A DNA stretch of 64,000 nt from Octopus sinensis (GCF_006345805.1 NC_042999.1:135780001-135844000), one strand, 5' to 3'. Positions 1 through 12,694 are shown, counted from the first letter of the stretch. Notes: generated from the letters alone by a model not told the origin. A program made the numbers and translations.

Positions 1-93
1 TTTAAACTCACCATGTAAATGAACAGAAAAAAAAATCCTGACACGCTGGCAGAAAGCACATAGCCTCTTTAATGCTGGAGGTAAATATATACA

Positions 94-320
94 TTTCTTT
101 ACTACCCACAAGGGGCTAAACACAGAGGGGACAAACAAGGACAGACATAGGTATTAAGTCGATTACATCGACTCCTGTGCGTAACTGGTACTTAATTTAT
201 CGACCCCGAAAGGATGAAAGGCAAAGTCGACCTCGGTGGAATTTGAACTCAGAACGTAACGGCAGACGAAATACGGCTACGCATTTCGCTCGGCGTGCTA
301 ACGTTTCTGCCAGCTCACCG
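94..320 (-). mobile_element. tRNA-headed SINE, family A (full-length copy)
   Basis: The reverse strand has an A-box-like TGGCAGAAACGTTAGC and a B-box-like GAGTTCAAATTCC. A central CCTTTCATCCTTTCGGGGTCGATAAATTAAGTACCAG and the tail CCCCTTGTGGGTAGTAAAGAAA follow. Roughly ten related copies occur in the window. Confidence 0.85.
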
Positions 321-389
321 CTGGTTTGGTGATGTATAAAACTACAATATAAAAGAAAAACCTTTTGAGTGAGTTACCTACCCTTATAC

Positions 390-600
390 CTATTTCTTTA
401 CTACCCACAAGGGGCTAAACACAGAGGACAAACTGATTAAGTCGATTATATCGACCCCAATGCATAACTGGTACTTAATTTATCGACCCCGAAAGGATGA
501 AAGGCAAAGTCGACCTCGGCGGGATTTGAACTCAGAACGTAACCGCAGACGAAATACGGCTACGCATTTAGCCCGGCGTGCTAACGATTCTGCCACCTCA
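390..600 (-). mobile_element. SINE family A copy with 14-bp TSD
   Basis: Same body as 94-320, flanked on both sides by CCTACCCTTATACC. Confidence 0.85.
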
Positions 601-654
601 CCTACCCTTATACCATTCCAGCCATAGCTGAACTGAGTCAGCTGTGCCTATTAT

Positions 655-890
655 TCTCTTATTCTTTTACTTGTTTCAGTCATTTGACTGCAGCCATGCT
701 GGAGCACTGCCTTTAGTCGAGCAAATCGACCCCAGGACTTTTTCTTTGTAAGCCTAGTACTTATTCTATTGGTCTTTCTCGCCAAACCGCTAAGTTACGG
801 GGACGTAAACACACCATCAGTTGTCAAACAATGTTGGGAGGACAAACACAGACACACAAATATATATATAAATATATACATGTTCAAAAC
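655..890 (-). mobile_element. SINE family B, 3' portion
   Basis: Reverse complement of the family B tail (..CTAAAGGCAGTGCTCCAGCATGGCTGCAGTCAAATGACTGAAACAAGTAAAAGA), also present at 12.8, 25.6, 55.6 and 63.9 kb. Confidence 0.8.
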
Positions 891-984
891 GACATGTGAG
901 TGTAGTGGGTGCTTTTTACAAGATAAGTCTGAGTATATATTTATGTATATGTGTGTATATATCTCCAAACCATGCCATCATGGA

Positions 985-1160
985 ACATCATCATCATCGT
1001 TTAACGTCCGCTTTCCATGCTAGCATGGGTTGGACGGTTCAATTGGGGTCTGGGAAACCAGAAGGCTGCACCAGGCCCAGTCTGATCTGGCAATGTTTCT
1101 ACGGCTGGATGCCCTTCCTAACGCCAACCACTCCATGAGTGTAGTGGGTGCTTTTTACAA
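985..1160 (-). mobile_element. Family C repeat (GGAAGGGCATCC tail, (ATG)n end), 3' fragment
   Basis: (CAT)n followed by CGTTTAACGTCCGCTTTCCATGCTAGCATGGGTTGGACGG..GGATGCCCTTCCTAACGCCAACCACTCC. Related copies lie at 2.8, 13.4, 31.8, 36.0, 40.8, 43.5 and 58.8 kb. Confidence 0.8.
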
Positions 1161-1263
1161 AATAAGTCTGAGTATATATTTATCTATATGTGTATATATC
1201 TCCAAACGTCTGCTTTCCATGCTAGCATGGGTTGGACGATTTTGACTGAGGGCTGGCAAACCT

Positions 1264-1356
1264 GTTTAGTTTCTATATTGCCATGGCATATAACCAATCA
1301 GAAAGTTACCATTGGTTACACATCTACTGCTGCACATGGCAATATAGAAACTAAAC
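1264..1356. repeat. 22-bp inverted repeat enclosing a fragment of the 3.5-4.2 kb palindrome sequence
   Basis: GTTTAGTTTCTATATTGCCATG / CATGGCAATATAGAAACTAAAC. The spacer GCATATAACCAATCAGAAAGTTACCATTGGTT matches ~4178-4210. Confidence 0.8.
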
Positions 1357-3417
1357 CGACACGCTGGCTGGAAGCACATAGCCTCTTTAATGCTGGAGGT
1401 AAATATATAGTTTGTGTCAGTTTGGTGGTGAATAAAACTACAATATGAAAGAAATCCTTTTCAGTGAGTTACCTACCCTTATACCATTCCAGCCATAGCT
1501 GAACTGTGCCTGCATTCTTTTACTTGTTTCGTTCATTTGACTGCAGCCATGCTGGAGCACTGTCTTTAGTCGAGAAAATCGACCCCAGGACTTATTCTTT
1601 GTAAGCCTAGTTTCTGTCTATCAAATCTACTTTGGTTGGCTGAGGTTACAGATGAAGACACTTGCCCAAGGTGCCACGCACTGAGACTGAACCCAAAACT
1701 ATGTGATTGGGAAGCAAACTTCTTACCACACAGCCATGCTCGTATTTTCCTTTACTCATCAAATTATAGTAATTTAAGTTGAATATCAGCTGCCAATATC
1801 TCTGGAACATCACTGCTGCTGGTGACATGTGAAAAGCACCCAATAACCCCTATAAAGTGGCTAGTATTAGAAAGGGCACCCAGCCCTAAATGCCACGCCA
1901 AAACAGAAAGTAAAAGTAGAGCTTGACACAGTCCTCTGGCTTGCCAGTTCCTGTCAAACTGTCCAACCCATGCCAACATGGAAAAAAGGACATTAAATAC
2001 TGCTGATGAGGATGATTAATTTTGTAAGTCTCAGAATGCCTATGAAAATTATGAGTATATCCTCTCCATCCTGAGGAAGTCATTAGGAAAACTTACATGT
2101 GTATGCATATCTTAGAGAATAGCTATAACTTAATTTGTTGTATGTGTAGATGTTTGTTTAAAATAGTAAGAGCATGGTGTCAGGGCCAGCCCTAGGGTTG
2201 CTGGCGCTCCAGGCAAGCTGAATTTCAGCGTGTACAAGCTGACGATCGTGGAAATTTCCTTGTCCTTGTCACGCCCTCCTTGGAGACCCTTAGCACATAG
2301 CGCCACAGGAAAAAAGAAAAGGAAAAGAACATCGAAATTGTTGCAATGAATTAAAGATATTTTTTTTAAAGTGATTTTTGCAACAGTCTCGCAGGAGTTT
2401 TCCCCCTTGGATTAAAAGCTGTTATTTCTCTGCATATTTGTGTCGGTACATTATGTTGTACCGGCAGATTTCGTCCGTAATTTGTTGTTGAAACTATGAT
2501 AAATGTACTGTCAACATGTTGACCTGGTACTTCCACTTCATAATAACCTATTATAGTCAACATGCATGTGTTATATTTACTTTGTTGCAGTCGTAAACAT
2601 GTTTTGTGGTATTTTGTTCCTCTCGACGTTCTTGAATTCGAATTTTGCTTTAGTTAATTTTGTCTTTGAACTCCTTGGCATCAGCAATATAAATACCACT
2701 AAATTACTGGGAATCAATAAAATTGACTCACCCTTTTGTCGAAAACTGCGACCATGAATTACGTCACACGAAACAAAGACCAGGTAAGGAACAATAGTTT
2801 TAACAACACATGTATCATCATCATCGTTTAACGTCCGTTCTCCATGCTAGCATGGGTTGGACGGTTCGACCGGGGATCTGGGAAGCCAGAAGGCTGCACC
2901 AGGCTCCAGTCTTATCTGGCAATGTTTCTACAGCTGGATGCCCTTCCTAACGCCAACCACTCCGTGAGTGTAGTGGGTGCTTTTTACGTGCCCTGTACAG
3001 AAACCCCCACAAAAATAGACGATTAAGGAGGGAAGCAATACTTTATAGCTGAGCACAATGTTAAAATAAGCACACCAACTACTTACGGTAATCACAAACA
3101 TAAATAAAATACCCCCTGACTAATGTTGTGTAGAGCTAATGTTAAAAAACTCAAATTCTGAGGTAACACCTTACCAATTACAGAGTAGTAGCAGCAATAT
3201 ATACCAACACCACTTCATTCAAAAGGTGATAGCATGAATATCTAAGTTCATGATGAATTTTCAAACTCTACATTTCTAAACAAACTAAGGAACTCATATA
3301 AAAAAAACAAACAAAAAAAACTAAATAGTTTCATGAAAAAATATTACTAGACCACAGTCCTGTTTTTAATACAGCATGTTTATAAGAAAAGCTGTCCCCA
3401 CCAATATATATATATAC

Positions 3418-3455
<38 letters not shown>

Positions 3456-3513
3456 GTATAGACACACGCACACATACTTTTATATTGTTGAGTAGTATAC
3501 TCCTGGTTATGGG

Positions 3514-4242
3514 ATGTAACAAGACCAGCTAGAAAGTTACCATTGAACCAATGGTAACTTTCTGATGGGTTATATGCCATAATCAGGAATATACTACTTG
3601 GTAATATAAAAGTATAACTGCTCAAATTCTATTTTAGAGTGTGCTGTCTTTTCAGACTTGCAGCCAACTGACTGATAATGTGTGTGTGTGTGTGTGTGTC
3701 TATGTAACTCAATGAATGTGTTAAGTGCCCTTCTTTCATTTGTCCACCTACTCCTATATATGAATGAAAGAAAAAAGGTGTTCAGAATGCTGGATGGTTG
3801 TAAAAAAATATATTTATTTACATATCACATATTATTTCTTCATATTAGCACTTTCAACTATATTGTTCAGCATTCTGAACACCTTTTTTCTTTCATATAT
3901 ATTAAATCTGTACATCACCCCCAATACTTCTAACATATATATATATATATATATACAACCATCCAGCATTCTGAACACCTTTTTTCTTTCATTCATATAT
4001 AGGAGTAGGTGGACAAATGAAAGAAGGGCACTTAACACATTCATTGAGTTACATAGACACACACACACACACACACATTATCAGTCAGTTGGCTGCAAGT
4101 CTGAAAAGACAGCACACTCTAAAATAGAATTTGAGCAGTTATACTTTTATATTACCAAGTAGTATATTCCTGATTATGGCATATAACCCATCAGAAAGTT
4201 ACCATTGGTTCAATGGTAACTTTCTAGCTGGTCTTGTTACAT
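3514..4242. repeat. Long inverted repeat, ~289-bp arms (3514-3802 / 3954-4242), ~150-bp spacer
   Basis: The arms are reverse complements by eye, and the ORF track gives the same peptides on opposite strands (MCVCVCLCNSMNVLS.., MSSYTFILPSS..). Confidence 0.92.
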
Positions 4243-5139
4243 ATATACACACACACACATGTGAATGGCTGGGTATTCCAAAAACACTTATACCCATAAT
4301 TTCAAGCAGACTTAACATGACACTGTATGACAAGCACACCTTCCTTCACAACAAATCCCAAATGAAATCAATCCATCTGGTTTTTGCATACTTTTTAATC
4401 TACCTGATTTGACTTACAAAACTGGAGTTGACTGGAAACAATAGTAGAAATTACCTTCACATGATGTTGCACAGAAGGTTTGAAACCAAAATCTTGTGAT
4501 TGCCAAGCAGACTTCTTAACCACATTAACATGGACCAATTATGTATACTATTGTAAACAACAACAACAATTATGATAATCATTTCTCCTATAGACACAAG
4601 GCCTGAGATTTTGGGGGATGGGGTAAGTCAATTACACTGACTCCAGTACATAACTGGTACTTATTTTATCGACTCTGAAAGGATGAAAAGCAAAGCAGAC
4701 CTTGGTGGAATTTGAACTCAGAATGTAAAGACAGACAAAATACCACTAAGCATTTTGCCTGGTGCGCTAACAATTCTGCTAGCTCACCACCTTAACAATA
4801 ATAATAATAATAATTTTCAACTAGCAATAACCATGCCTTTGCATATTTGAGGAAAAGAGTTACTGAAGAGTTAGGAAAATAATCAGTGCTGACACCAGTA
4901 TATTATCTGACTGGTGTTTTGGTATTTTCTTTTATTGACCTTGGGAAAGGTGTAAGACAAAGTAGACCTAACAGGATAAGTGTATGATTATTTTAAAAGG
5001 GGTCAACATGACACTCTGTCATGGTGAAAGTGTTTGAGCTTAACAAGTTTGGTTTACAAGTGGAAAATTTGGTCAATGAAAGAAAAGTTGATATTTGAAA
5101 TTCTTAATTTTGAAGGTTGCTGGTATGATTTCTGTTTAA

Positions 5140-5355
5140 TCCTTTTGATACCAACCCACTTGAGACCGACTCTGGTTATTTGATACAGATTTCTGGTTTT
5201 AAGTGATCTCACTCAAAAACTTTCATCAAAGTTTCATGTTAATTTATGTTTCAGACACCAGCTCCATAATAACAGAGTTTACTAAATTCTTCATTTTTAC
5301 TAAATTGATGTAAACGAAGGCAGGGTATTTCAGTAGATATATGGTACTGAAAGGG
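5140..5355. mobile_element. piggyBac-type MITE
   Basis: TTAA|TCCTTTTGATACCA ... TGGTACTGAAAGGG|TTAA, i.e. a TTAA target duplication with short imperfect TIRs. A related end (ATCAGAAGGGTTAA) occurs at ~51515. Confidence 0.65.
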
Positions 5356-6469
5356 TTAAAGAATTAATGCAAGTAACCAATATGTAGTGTTTGAGAAAAC
5401 TTGTCCATCTTAGCAAAAATGAGGCCCTAAAAGTATACTACTTATGTCTATGCTCCTTCACCCAATCTGCCCATGATGAGTACCACTGCCCATCTTCCTC
5501 ACACTCATCCTGCCATCACTTTTCTGTCTATGGCACTACTTACTCAGCTGCTGTAAATTATAAGAGCAAAACTGCACATACTTCATACCTTACCACTCAC
5601 TCTTCCTGAAAGCACTTCCTTTTTTCTATGCATTCTCAGCATCATCCCTTACCATCTTCTTTTTTACTGAATGACCCTTTAACCTTTCCTTGTACACCCA
5701 GTCATTTTTTGCCTACAGCTCCCTCCCCATTACCTCTATTCATCGCCCACTGTTCCCACTCTCATGTACCTCTGACTCTGTTTCTGGCCTCATTCAGCTC
5801 TTTGTTGCACCTTATTTCCACATATTTCATGTCATCGTTACTGTCACCTGTTACTTCTCTGACCCATACCTGCTTCCTCCACCTTCCCCTCTAACTGATA
5901 TTCACAGCTGACCATGTCTTTCACCTCTCATTGCATTTCCCTCCATCCCATTTCTATCTATCTGCCACTTGCTTCTCAAATTTCCCTGAACTTACCTACT
6001 CAACTATACCACTTCTCTTATATTCACCTACCTGTAATTTTAGGGTACTCACAGACACATCTCCACCACTATTATCTTTCTTTTCCAGCTGGAATAATCA
6101 TGTATCGCCCCTGCAACAAAGCACCTGTTCCTGTTCCTTTACCATTCTTTAACCTTTCCACACCTGGTAAAAAACCACCTCTTTCAATATTACTTGCCTC
6201 CTTAGTCAAGGGATTTGTCTTGCAAGTTACTAAGTGACCTCACTAGTGCTAATACCATGTAAAAAGTACCCAATTCACTCTGTGAAGTAGTTGGTGTTAG
6301 GAAGGGCATCCAGCTGTAGAAACCATGCCAAAGCAGAAATTAGACCTTTACACAGCCCTTTGGCTTGCCAGCTTCTATCAAACCATCCAACTCATTCTAG
6401 CATGGAAAAATGGACATTGAATAATAATAATAATAATAATAAGAAGAAGAAGAAGAAGAAGAAGAAGAA

Positions 6470-7770
6470 AATACGCAAGCTGCTGAGTTGTAATAGGATG
6501 CACCACCCAAAGGCAGACGTAGATCACCTTTACCTTCCCAGAGCCCAAGGAGGTCGAGGCCTGATCCAATTTGAACTAGTTTACAAAACAACCACAATTG
6601 GACTGGCCAAATATCTTGAAATAATGAATGACTGGATGCTAAAGCTCGTAGAAAATCACGAGAGACGAAAGAAGCTTCATTCTATCATAAAGGAAAGCAA
6701 AAACTTTGCTATTGATCTCGTGCAGGATACCCAAACTGAACAACCCGAGGGAAGTACGGCAACTATTGTTGCAAAGAAGGTGAAAATAATGGCAATGAAA
6801 AAAGCGCATGAGCAATTGGCTGATAGGTGGGAGGAGAAACCTCTGCACGGCAAATATGTGGCCCGTAGCAAACAAGCTGATGTTGACCAGAAGCAAACCC
6901 ATCAGTGGCTACGGAGCTCAGGGCTAAAAGCAGAGAGCGAAGGTTTCATCCTGGCTGCTCAAGATCAAAGCCTATTAACCCGGAACTACCAGGCCAATGT
7001 GATGAAAAATGGAGCAGACCCAAAATGCCAATTCTGCAACGACATGATTGAAACAGTGGACCACCTTATCTCTGGATGTAAAGTCTTAGCACCAGTGGAG
7101 TATAAATTAAGACATGACAGAGTTGGCCAATATCTACACTGGCTAATAAGTCGGCATTACAATATCAAAACTGTGACAAGTGGTATAATCACCACCCTGA
7201 AGCTGTAACTGAAGGAGAAAATGTAACCATTCTGTGGGACTTTCCTGTACATACAGACCAAACCATCAAAGCCAATAAACCGGATATTGTTGTGAAAGAC
7301 CAAAACAATAAAGTTTGCTTATTGATCGACATGAGCATCCCCTGTGATCATAATATCTTGGCAAAAGAGTTTGACAAGCTCAGAAAATATAAAGACCTGC
7401 TCATTGAAATTGAGAAAATGTGGCATCTCAAGGCGGTTACAATACCAGTGATCGTAGGAGTATTAGGAATGATCAAGAAGGGAACCGAAAATTATATGAG
7501 AATGATCCCTGGCTTACCATCCCTGTAAGAAGTGCAAAAGATTGTCTTAACTGGTACATCACACGTATTGAGAAGAGCATTGTCGATGTGAGAACTATTA
7601 CTACCCATGTATTTTCATTTAACTTTAAAAAAAAAAATGAACGAACTAGTGAGTTTAGTTTAATGGCCTACCAATGTATACTATGAGTTTCTTTGCCCTA
7701 GCAGTCGGGAAGGCACTCGGCAAGAAATGGAAGCAAATTTGAAAGAAGAAGAAAAAAAAAGATAACAATA
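6470..7770 (+). mobile_element. 5'-truncated R4/Dong-clade non-LTR retrotransposon (RT C-terminus, CCHC knuckle, restriction-like endonuclease, 3' UTR)
   Basis: Translation gives LYLPRAQGGRGL, QWLRSSGLKAESEGFILAAQDQSLLTRNY, CQFCNDMIETVDHLISGC and RHDRVGQYLHW. After a frameshift at ~7190 it reads ILWDFPVHTDQTIKANKPDIVVKD..LLIDMSIP..KLRKYKDL..IPVIVGVLG. Flanked by (TAA)n tracts. Confidence 0.9.
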
Positions 7771-7821
7771 ATAATAATAATAATAATAATAATGATAATA
7801 ATAATGATAATAATAATAATC

Positions 7822-8140
7822 AAGAAGGGAACCGAAAATTATATGAGAATGATCCCTGGCTTACCATCCCTGCAAGAAGTGCAAAAGATTGTCTTAACTG
7901 GTACATCACACGTATTGAGAAGAGCATTGTTGATGTGAGAACTGTTGCTGCTCATGTATTTTAATTTAACTTAAAAAAAAAAAAAAAAAAATGAACGAAC
8001 TATTGAGTTTGGTTTAATGGCCTACCAATGTATACTATGAGTTTCTTTGCCCTAGCAGTCGGGAAGACACTCGGCAAGAAATGGAAGCAAATTTGAAAGA
8101 AGAAGAAAAAAAAAGATAACAATAATAATAATAATAATAA
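7822..8140 (+). mobile_element. Tandem duplicate of the 3' end of the R4/Dong element
   Basis: CAAGAAGGGAACCGAAAATTATATGAGAATGATCCC.. repeats ~7473-7790 at high identity and again ends in (TAA)n. Confidence 0.9.
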
Positions 8141-11100
8141 TGATGATGCTGAGAAGGAGGAAAGGGAATGTCTCCTAAATTTACATGGACTTTTGAAACA
8201 AATACTTTACTATAGATTTGTGGTGTAACTTGGATGAAATATATATATGGATATAACATTTGTCTACTGTAGATTATTCCAAATAATCTACTTATTCTCA
8301 ACATCTATATGAATTGAGGCAATGCAATGAAATGCTTTAACAGACACTTAATAAAATACCAGTTGTGGCATTGAATTTGTGACCCATGAGTAGGTTGTCT
8401 AATACTTTATTCACTCACTACATCTAATGTTTGATAATCAATAGACTCCTGATAACTGGTTGGAATAAAATTACTAGATTTGTGAACAAGCAGGGCAGAG
8501 TAGATGGCTATTGACTAGAATTAAGTATGATTGAAGGTCCATTTACATTATGGAACTTAATTAATCTAATTGTGTCATAATCAGTAAGATAAAATGATGT
8601 AAAATGGTGAGTTCCATAATTCTTTCATTACAAGATCATTCTTAAGTGAAGATATCCTGTATGTTCTATTTAGAGTATGAAAAAAGTTATTTTCTTGTTC
8701 TCGTTGGCTAATAAAGGTTTATTTTGCTAAAGTCATCAACTGCTTTTTCGTTTTTCATTAATTAAGCTCTGTCTTAATGTTTATTACAAGTGGTATACAG
8801 ATGAATGACCTACTTAACAGAAAACATTTGAATTAATGAAACTCTTTGTCAAACTTACCATTTTAATGTTGCTCAGAGCAATGAACACTTTTTGTTACCT
8901 TCTTATGGTCTATGTAGACTGAACTCTTGAGAATGGCATGTTTAAGATCATAGGTGAAGCTGGACTGGTAACAGAATCCTGTATCAACCCCACCCCCACT
9001 ACCTGTTAACTTAAACATTTACAATAACCTATAATGAGAATCTTCGAAACAGGCATTTAGAGAACTATTGTCATTTGAAAGTTGGATTTTTGACAAATTT
9101 AGCTCTTTTTAGTTTACTTTGTATATACAGAAGTGGACATTGAAATTGAATGAGTACAAGATGGTGTCTTTTTTTTTTTTTTGATCAACAGCATGTATAG
9201 AATAGTTTACAAAAAGCCACAGAATTTTTTGTAGCTATTTGTTCTTAAATTCTCTTTCCTGTACACTGAGTACTGCTATTCTACTCACTCCTTTATCTTC
9301 ACTTTGTTTACCATTAGGGCATTTAAATTTTATTCTTCCAACAGTTATTTGTTCAAGGAGAAGGTAACAGGGCAGTTATTGGCATGGTTGAAGAGTTAAC
9401 CTGTTAAGTGATCTCCTTTCAAATACAGTTTATAGCCTCATTATAACATCGTTATCTACTTAATTAGCCCTGTCAGGTGGTGTTACTTCTCACAGTAGCA
9501 TGCTAATTTACACTGATAGCATCATACCAATTATGGGAGAGAAATGACTTGTCTTAACAGATAAAGAAAATTGATTCTAAAGTGATAATGATAACTGATG
9601 TTTGCATTATTTCCAGTGTAAACAATATAAACAGTAGGTTTATAAATGCTGCATTAATAGACTGGTCAAGGACTGTGGATGGCCCTATTGACGGGGTACA
9701 CAATAATTTGGCAAAGAGTTGCTATATTCTGTCACCATTTCACACTGTGTCAATAGCTGAAACACTTAACTACAACAACCAAGTCTATCTAGCCACAAAT
9801 TAGGTACCTTGTGGTGATACACCTCACTGTACAATGTCTATGGCTAAGAAAATTAACTGTCATTGTACAGTGTCTGTAATCAAGTTAACTTAACTCAGTA
9901 CATCCAGCTATAAATATGTCCCACATGTTTGGGGATTTATTGTTCTATGTCCATAAGTAAGACACTTGACTGTCAACAGCCTAGTCTGCATAGCTGTAGA
10001 TAGGTACTACAATGAGGAACAGTTCATCACTGTAAGCAGTGGAAACATTCTAATATTGACAAGAATATTGTTGGTTTGTAGTTCTGACTTCAACTTAAGC
10101 TGTCAGCTCTACCTATGATAGCTGTGCTAAGAAGCTAGACCTTTAGTTTCAATTCTAACATCATTAATCTAGAGCAGGCTTGAACATGAATCATCATTTG
10201 CAAATGTATTCCTTTGTCCAGTTATTGATGATGGTCACAAGTATTAACAAATCCAGTTTTTGATGGTGTCATGTATTACTATGGCTAGTTGTAGATGATA
10301 CCTATTTGTAGGCAGATATGTATATTTCTTACAGTAACACTTTGCTGTAACTATTTTGTTACAGATTTGACTATTAAACTCTAGTTACATCAAATTTGAT
10401 TTGATTTTCAACAAGGAAAAGAACAAAACTTGCTCTTTTTTTTTCTCTCGCAGTGTTATCTTCATCATTTAATGTCTACTTTTCTGTGCTTGTATGAATC
10501 AGATGAAATTTGTTGAGGAAGATTTTCTACACCTGGATGCTTCTTTCTGTCATCAATCTGTTTCCAGGCAAGGTAATATATCTCCATGGCCAGACATATT
10601 TTTCATGGTTGACTGGAAATGAACAACTTCCTCATTTACAACTATGACATGATGTCAAGACAAGGGTACACAAAAACATATGCTACACATGCATGCATCC
10701 ATCCATCCATACATACATACATACACCCCTTCACACTTACTTTGTTCTTTCCACTGTTCTTTCTTTTGTTCCCCCTCTCTCACATTTCCTGGCTTTCTCT
10801 TCATTCTCACCTTCCCTCCTCTTTCACTTCACTCTGTCCTTTTTCTTTTTTTCTCATCCCTTCCTAATTCTTCTGTCCCTCTGCCTCTACCTCTCTCCTC
10901 TCTCCTCTCTCTCCACATCACCGGAGTTCGTCCAAGCCTGACCTTTCTTTCTTGATTCAACTACCATCCGTGCAACATCTATATTCCTCACCATGCCTGT
11001 CATCTCTTATGTCCCAGCCATAAGGCTTCACTTCCACACACACCATCTTAATTTAATTCATCCTTAGTTAAAAGACACCTGTTATTATATCCTTTGTATT

Positions 11101-11749
11101 ATGCATTTGTATTTGTGTACCATTTCTCTGGTTTTTTCTCTGTCCTTGTTTTTGTATACATTCACTGCTTTTCCCCAAGGAATCTAGTGCTCTTAGCTTA
11201 GTTTTTCCTTGGGGTTGACCAGATTGGAGCAACTTTGAGTATAACCACCCGAAATTGCAAGGATAATCTGGAACTCAACTGAGGAAAGAAAACTTCGTTT
11301 GACTTGTCTGTGTTTTTTCTTGTCCCTTTTTTGTATCATCTGTCTGGATGTTTTGTTGTCCCTTTTTTGTATCATGTAACTGTCTGGATGTTTTGTGTTC
11401 TTGTCCCATTTTTTGTATTCCTTTTCATATACATACCTATATGTATGCATGCATCCATACATACATACATGATGGACTTTTGTTTTCATTCTGTTCCTCA
11501 ATTGTGTTGTTGACGTTGTGTCTAGCCATGTTGTTTGTAGTAACTTTCTGTATGGAATATTCAAGTTTCAGTTAAAAATCACTATGATCATGTATAAAAG
11601 GCTCCCTCTGTTAATTCATCTTAAGATTAACCAGTTATTTAACACGGCTGATGGTTGTGGCTCCAAAGTTGGAGTTAGTATTCATTGTATTTTTGATAAA
11701 TAGTCTCCCATGCCATATATGTGACTTGCCATTTCAAATGTTTATGTAT

Positions 11750-12250
11750 GTAAAATTGATCCCCAAATGCAGAACCACCAACATGGCAAAAAACTACTGG
11801 CCAATTGCATACCAGAACTTAATGTATAAGATATATACAGCATGTTTAAACCTCTTCCTCCAAGACCATTGTAAAACCAATAACAATATCACAGCAGAAC
11901 AAGCAGCTGGGAAGAATGGAGTCTGGGGATGTGCCGAGCAATTGCTAATCAACAAAACTGATGTCAGAGGTGTGAGAGCATAGGAGGAACCTAGTTTCAA
12001 TGTGGCTAAATTACAAGAAAGCCTTTGACTCTGTTCCCCACTCATGGATGCAAGAAGCCCTTCAACTTGCTAAAGTTCCAGTGAGAATAGTCAAAGCCAT
12101 AGCTGACCTGACTTCATTATGGGCCACCATCTTGAAATTAAACACAAAGAGTGACTATTATCACAGACAGAATACAATATTGTGAAGGTATATTCCGAGA
12201 AGGCAGCCTCTCGGTGATGTTGTTTATACTTTCTGTAAACCCCTTGTCTT
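11750..12250 (+). mobile_element. R4/Dong-type reverse transcriptase fragment (pseudogenised)
   Basis: NYWPIAYQNLMYKIYTAC..EQAAGKNGVWGCAEQLLINK, then WLNYKKAFDSVPHSW, then GIFREGSLSVMLFILSVNPLS. Stops and frameshifts separate the motifs. Confidence 0.85.
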
Positions 12251-12464
12251 AATTTTAATTTTAACCTGAAAGGTTAGAAGATAAAGTTGACCTTGATAGA
12301 ATTTGAACTGGAAGTGCAGAAAGCTAGAACACTGCAAGGCATTTTATCAGGCTCTCTGACAACTGTACCAAATGGTGTACATGGAGGCTAAGACTATATG
12401 CTTCAACAAATAAAGAGAAATCAATGATTCTAACCATTTGCAACACAAGCTTTGAAAAGCTAGT

Positions 12465-12647
12465 CTGTAACTGTGGTTGTGTAGTAAGAAACTTGCTTTC
12501 CAACCACATTGTTCTAGGTTCAGTCCCACTGTATGGCATCTTAGGCAAGTGTCTTCTACTATAGCCTGAGGCTGACCAAAGCCTTGTGAATAGATTTGGT
12601 AGAAGGAAACTAGAAGAAGCCCATCTATATATATATATATATATATT

Positions 12648-12694
<47 letters not shown>

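Noticed and set aside
4863-4890. CTGAAGA-GTTAG-GAAA as a hammerhead
   Set aside because: Stem II cannot pair and stem I is absent.
6291-6470. N-terminus of the 305-aa ORF as genuine protein
   Set aside because: It reads through a family C repeat tail and (TAA)n(GAA)n; only the part after ~6470 is retrotransposon coding sequence.
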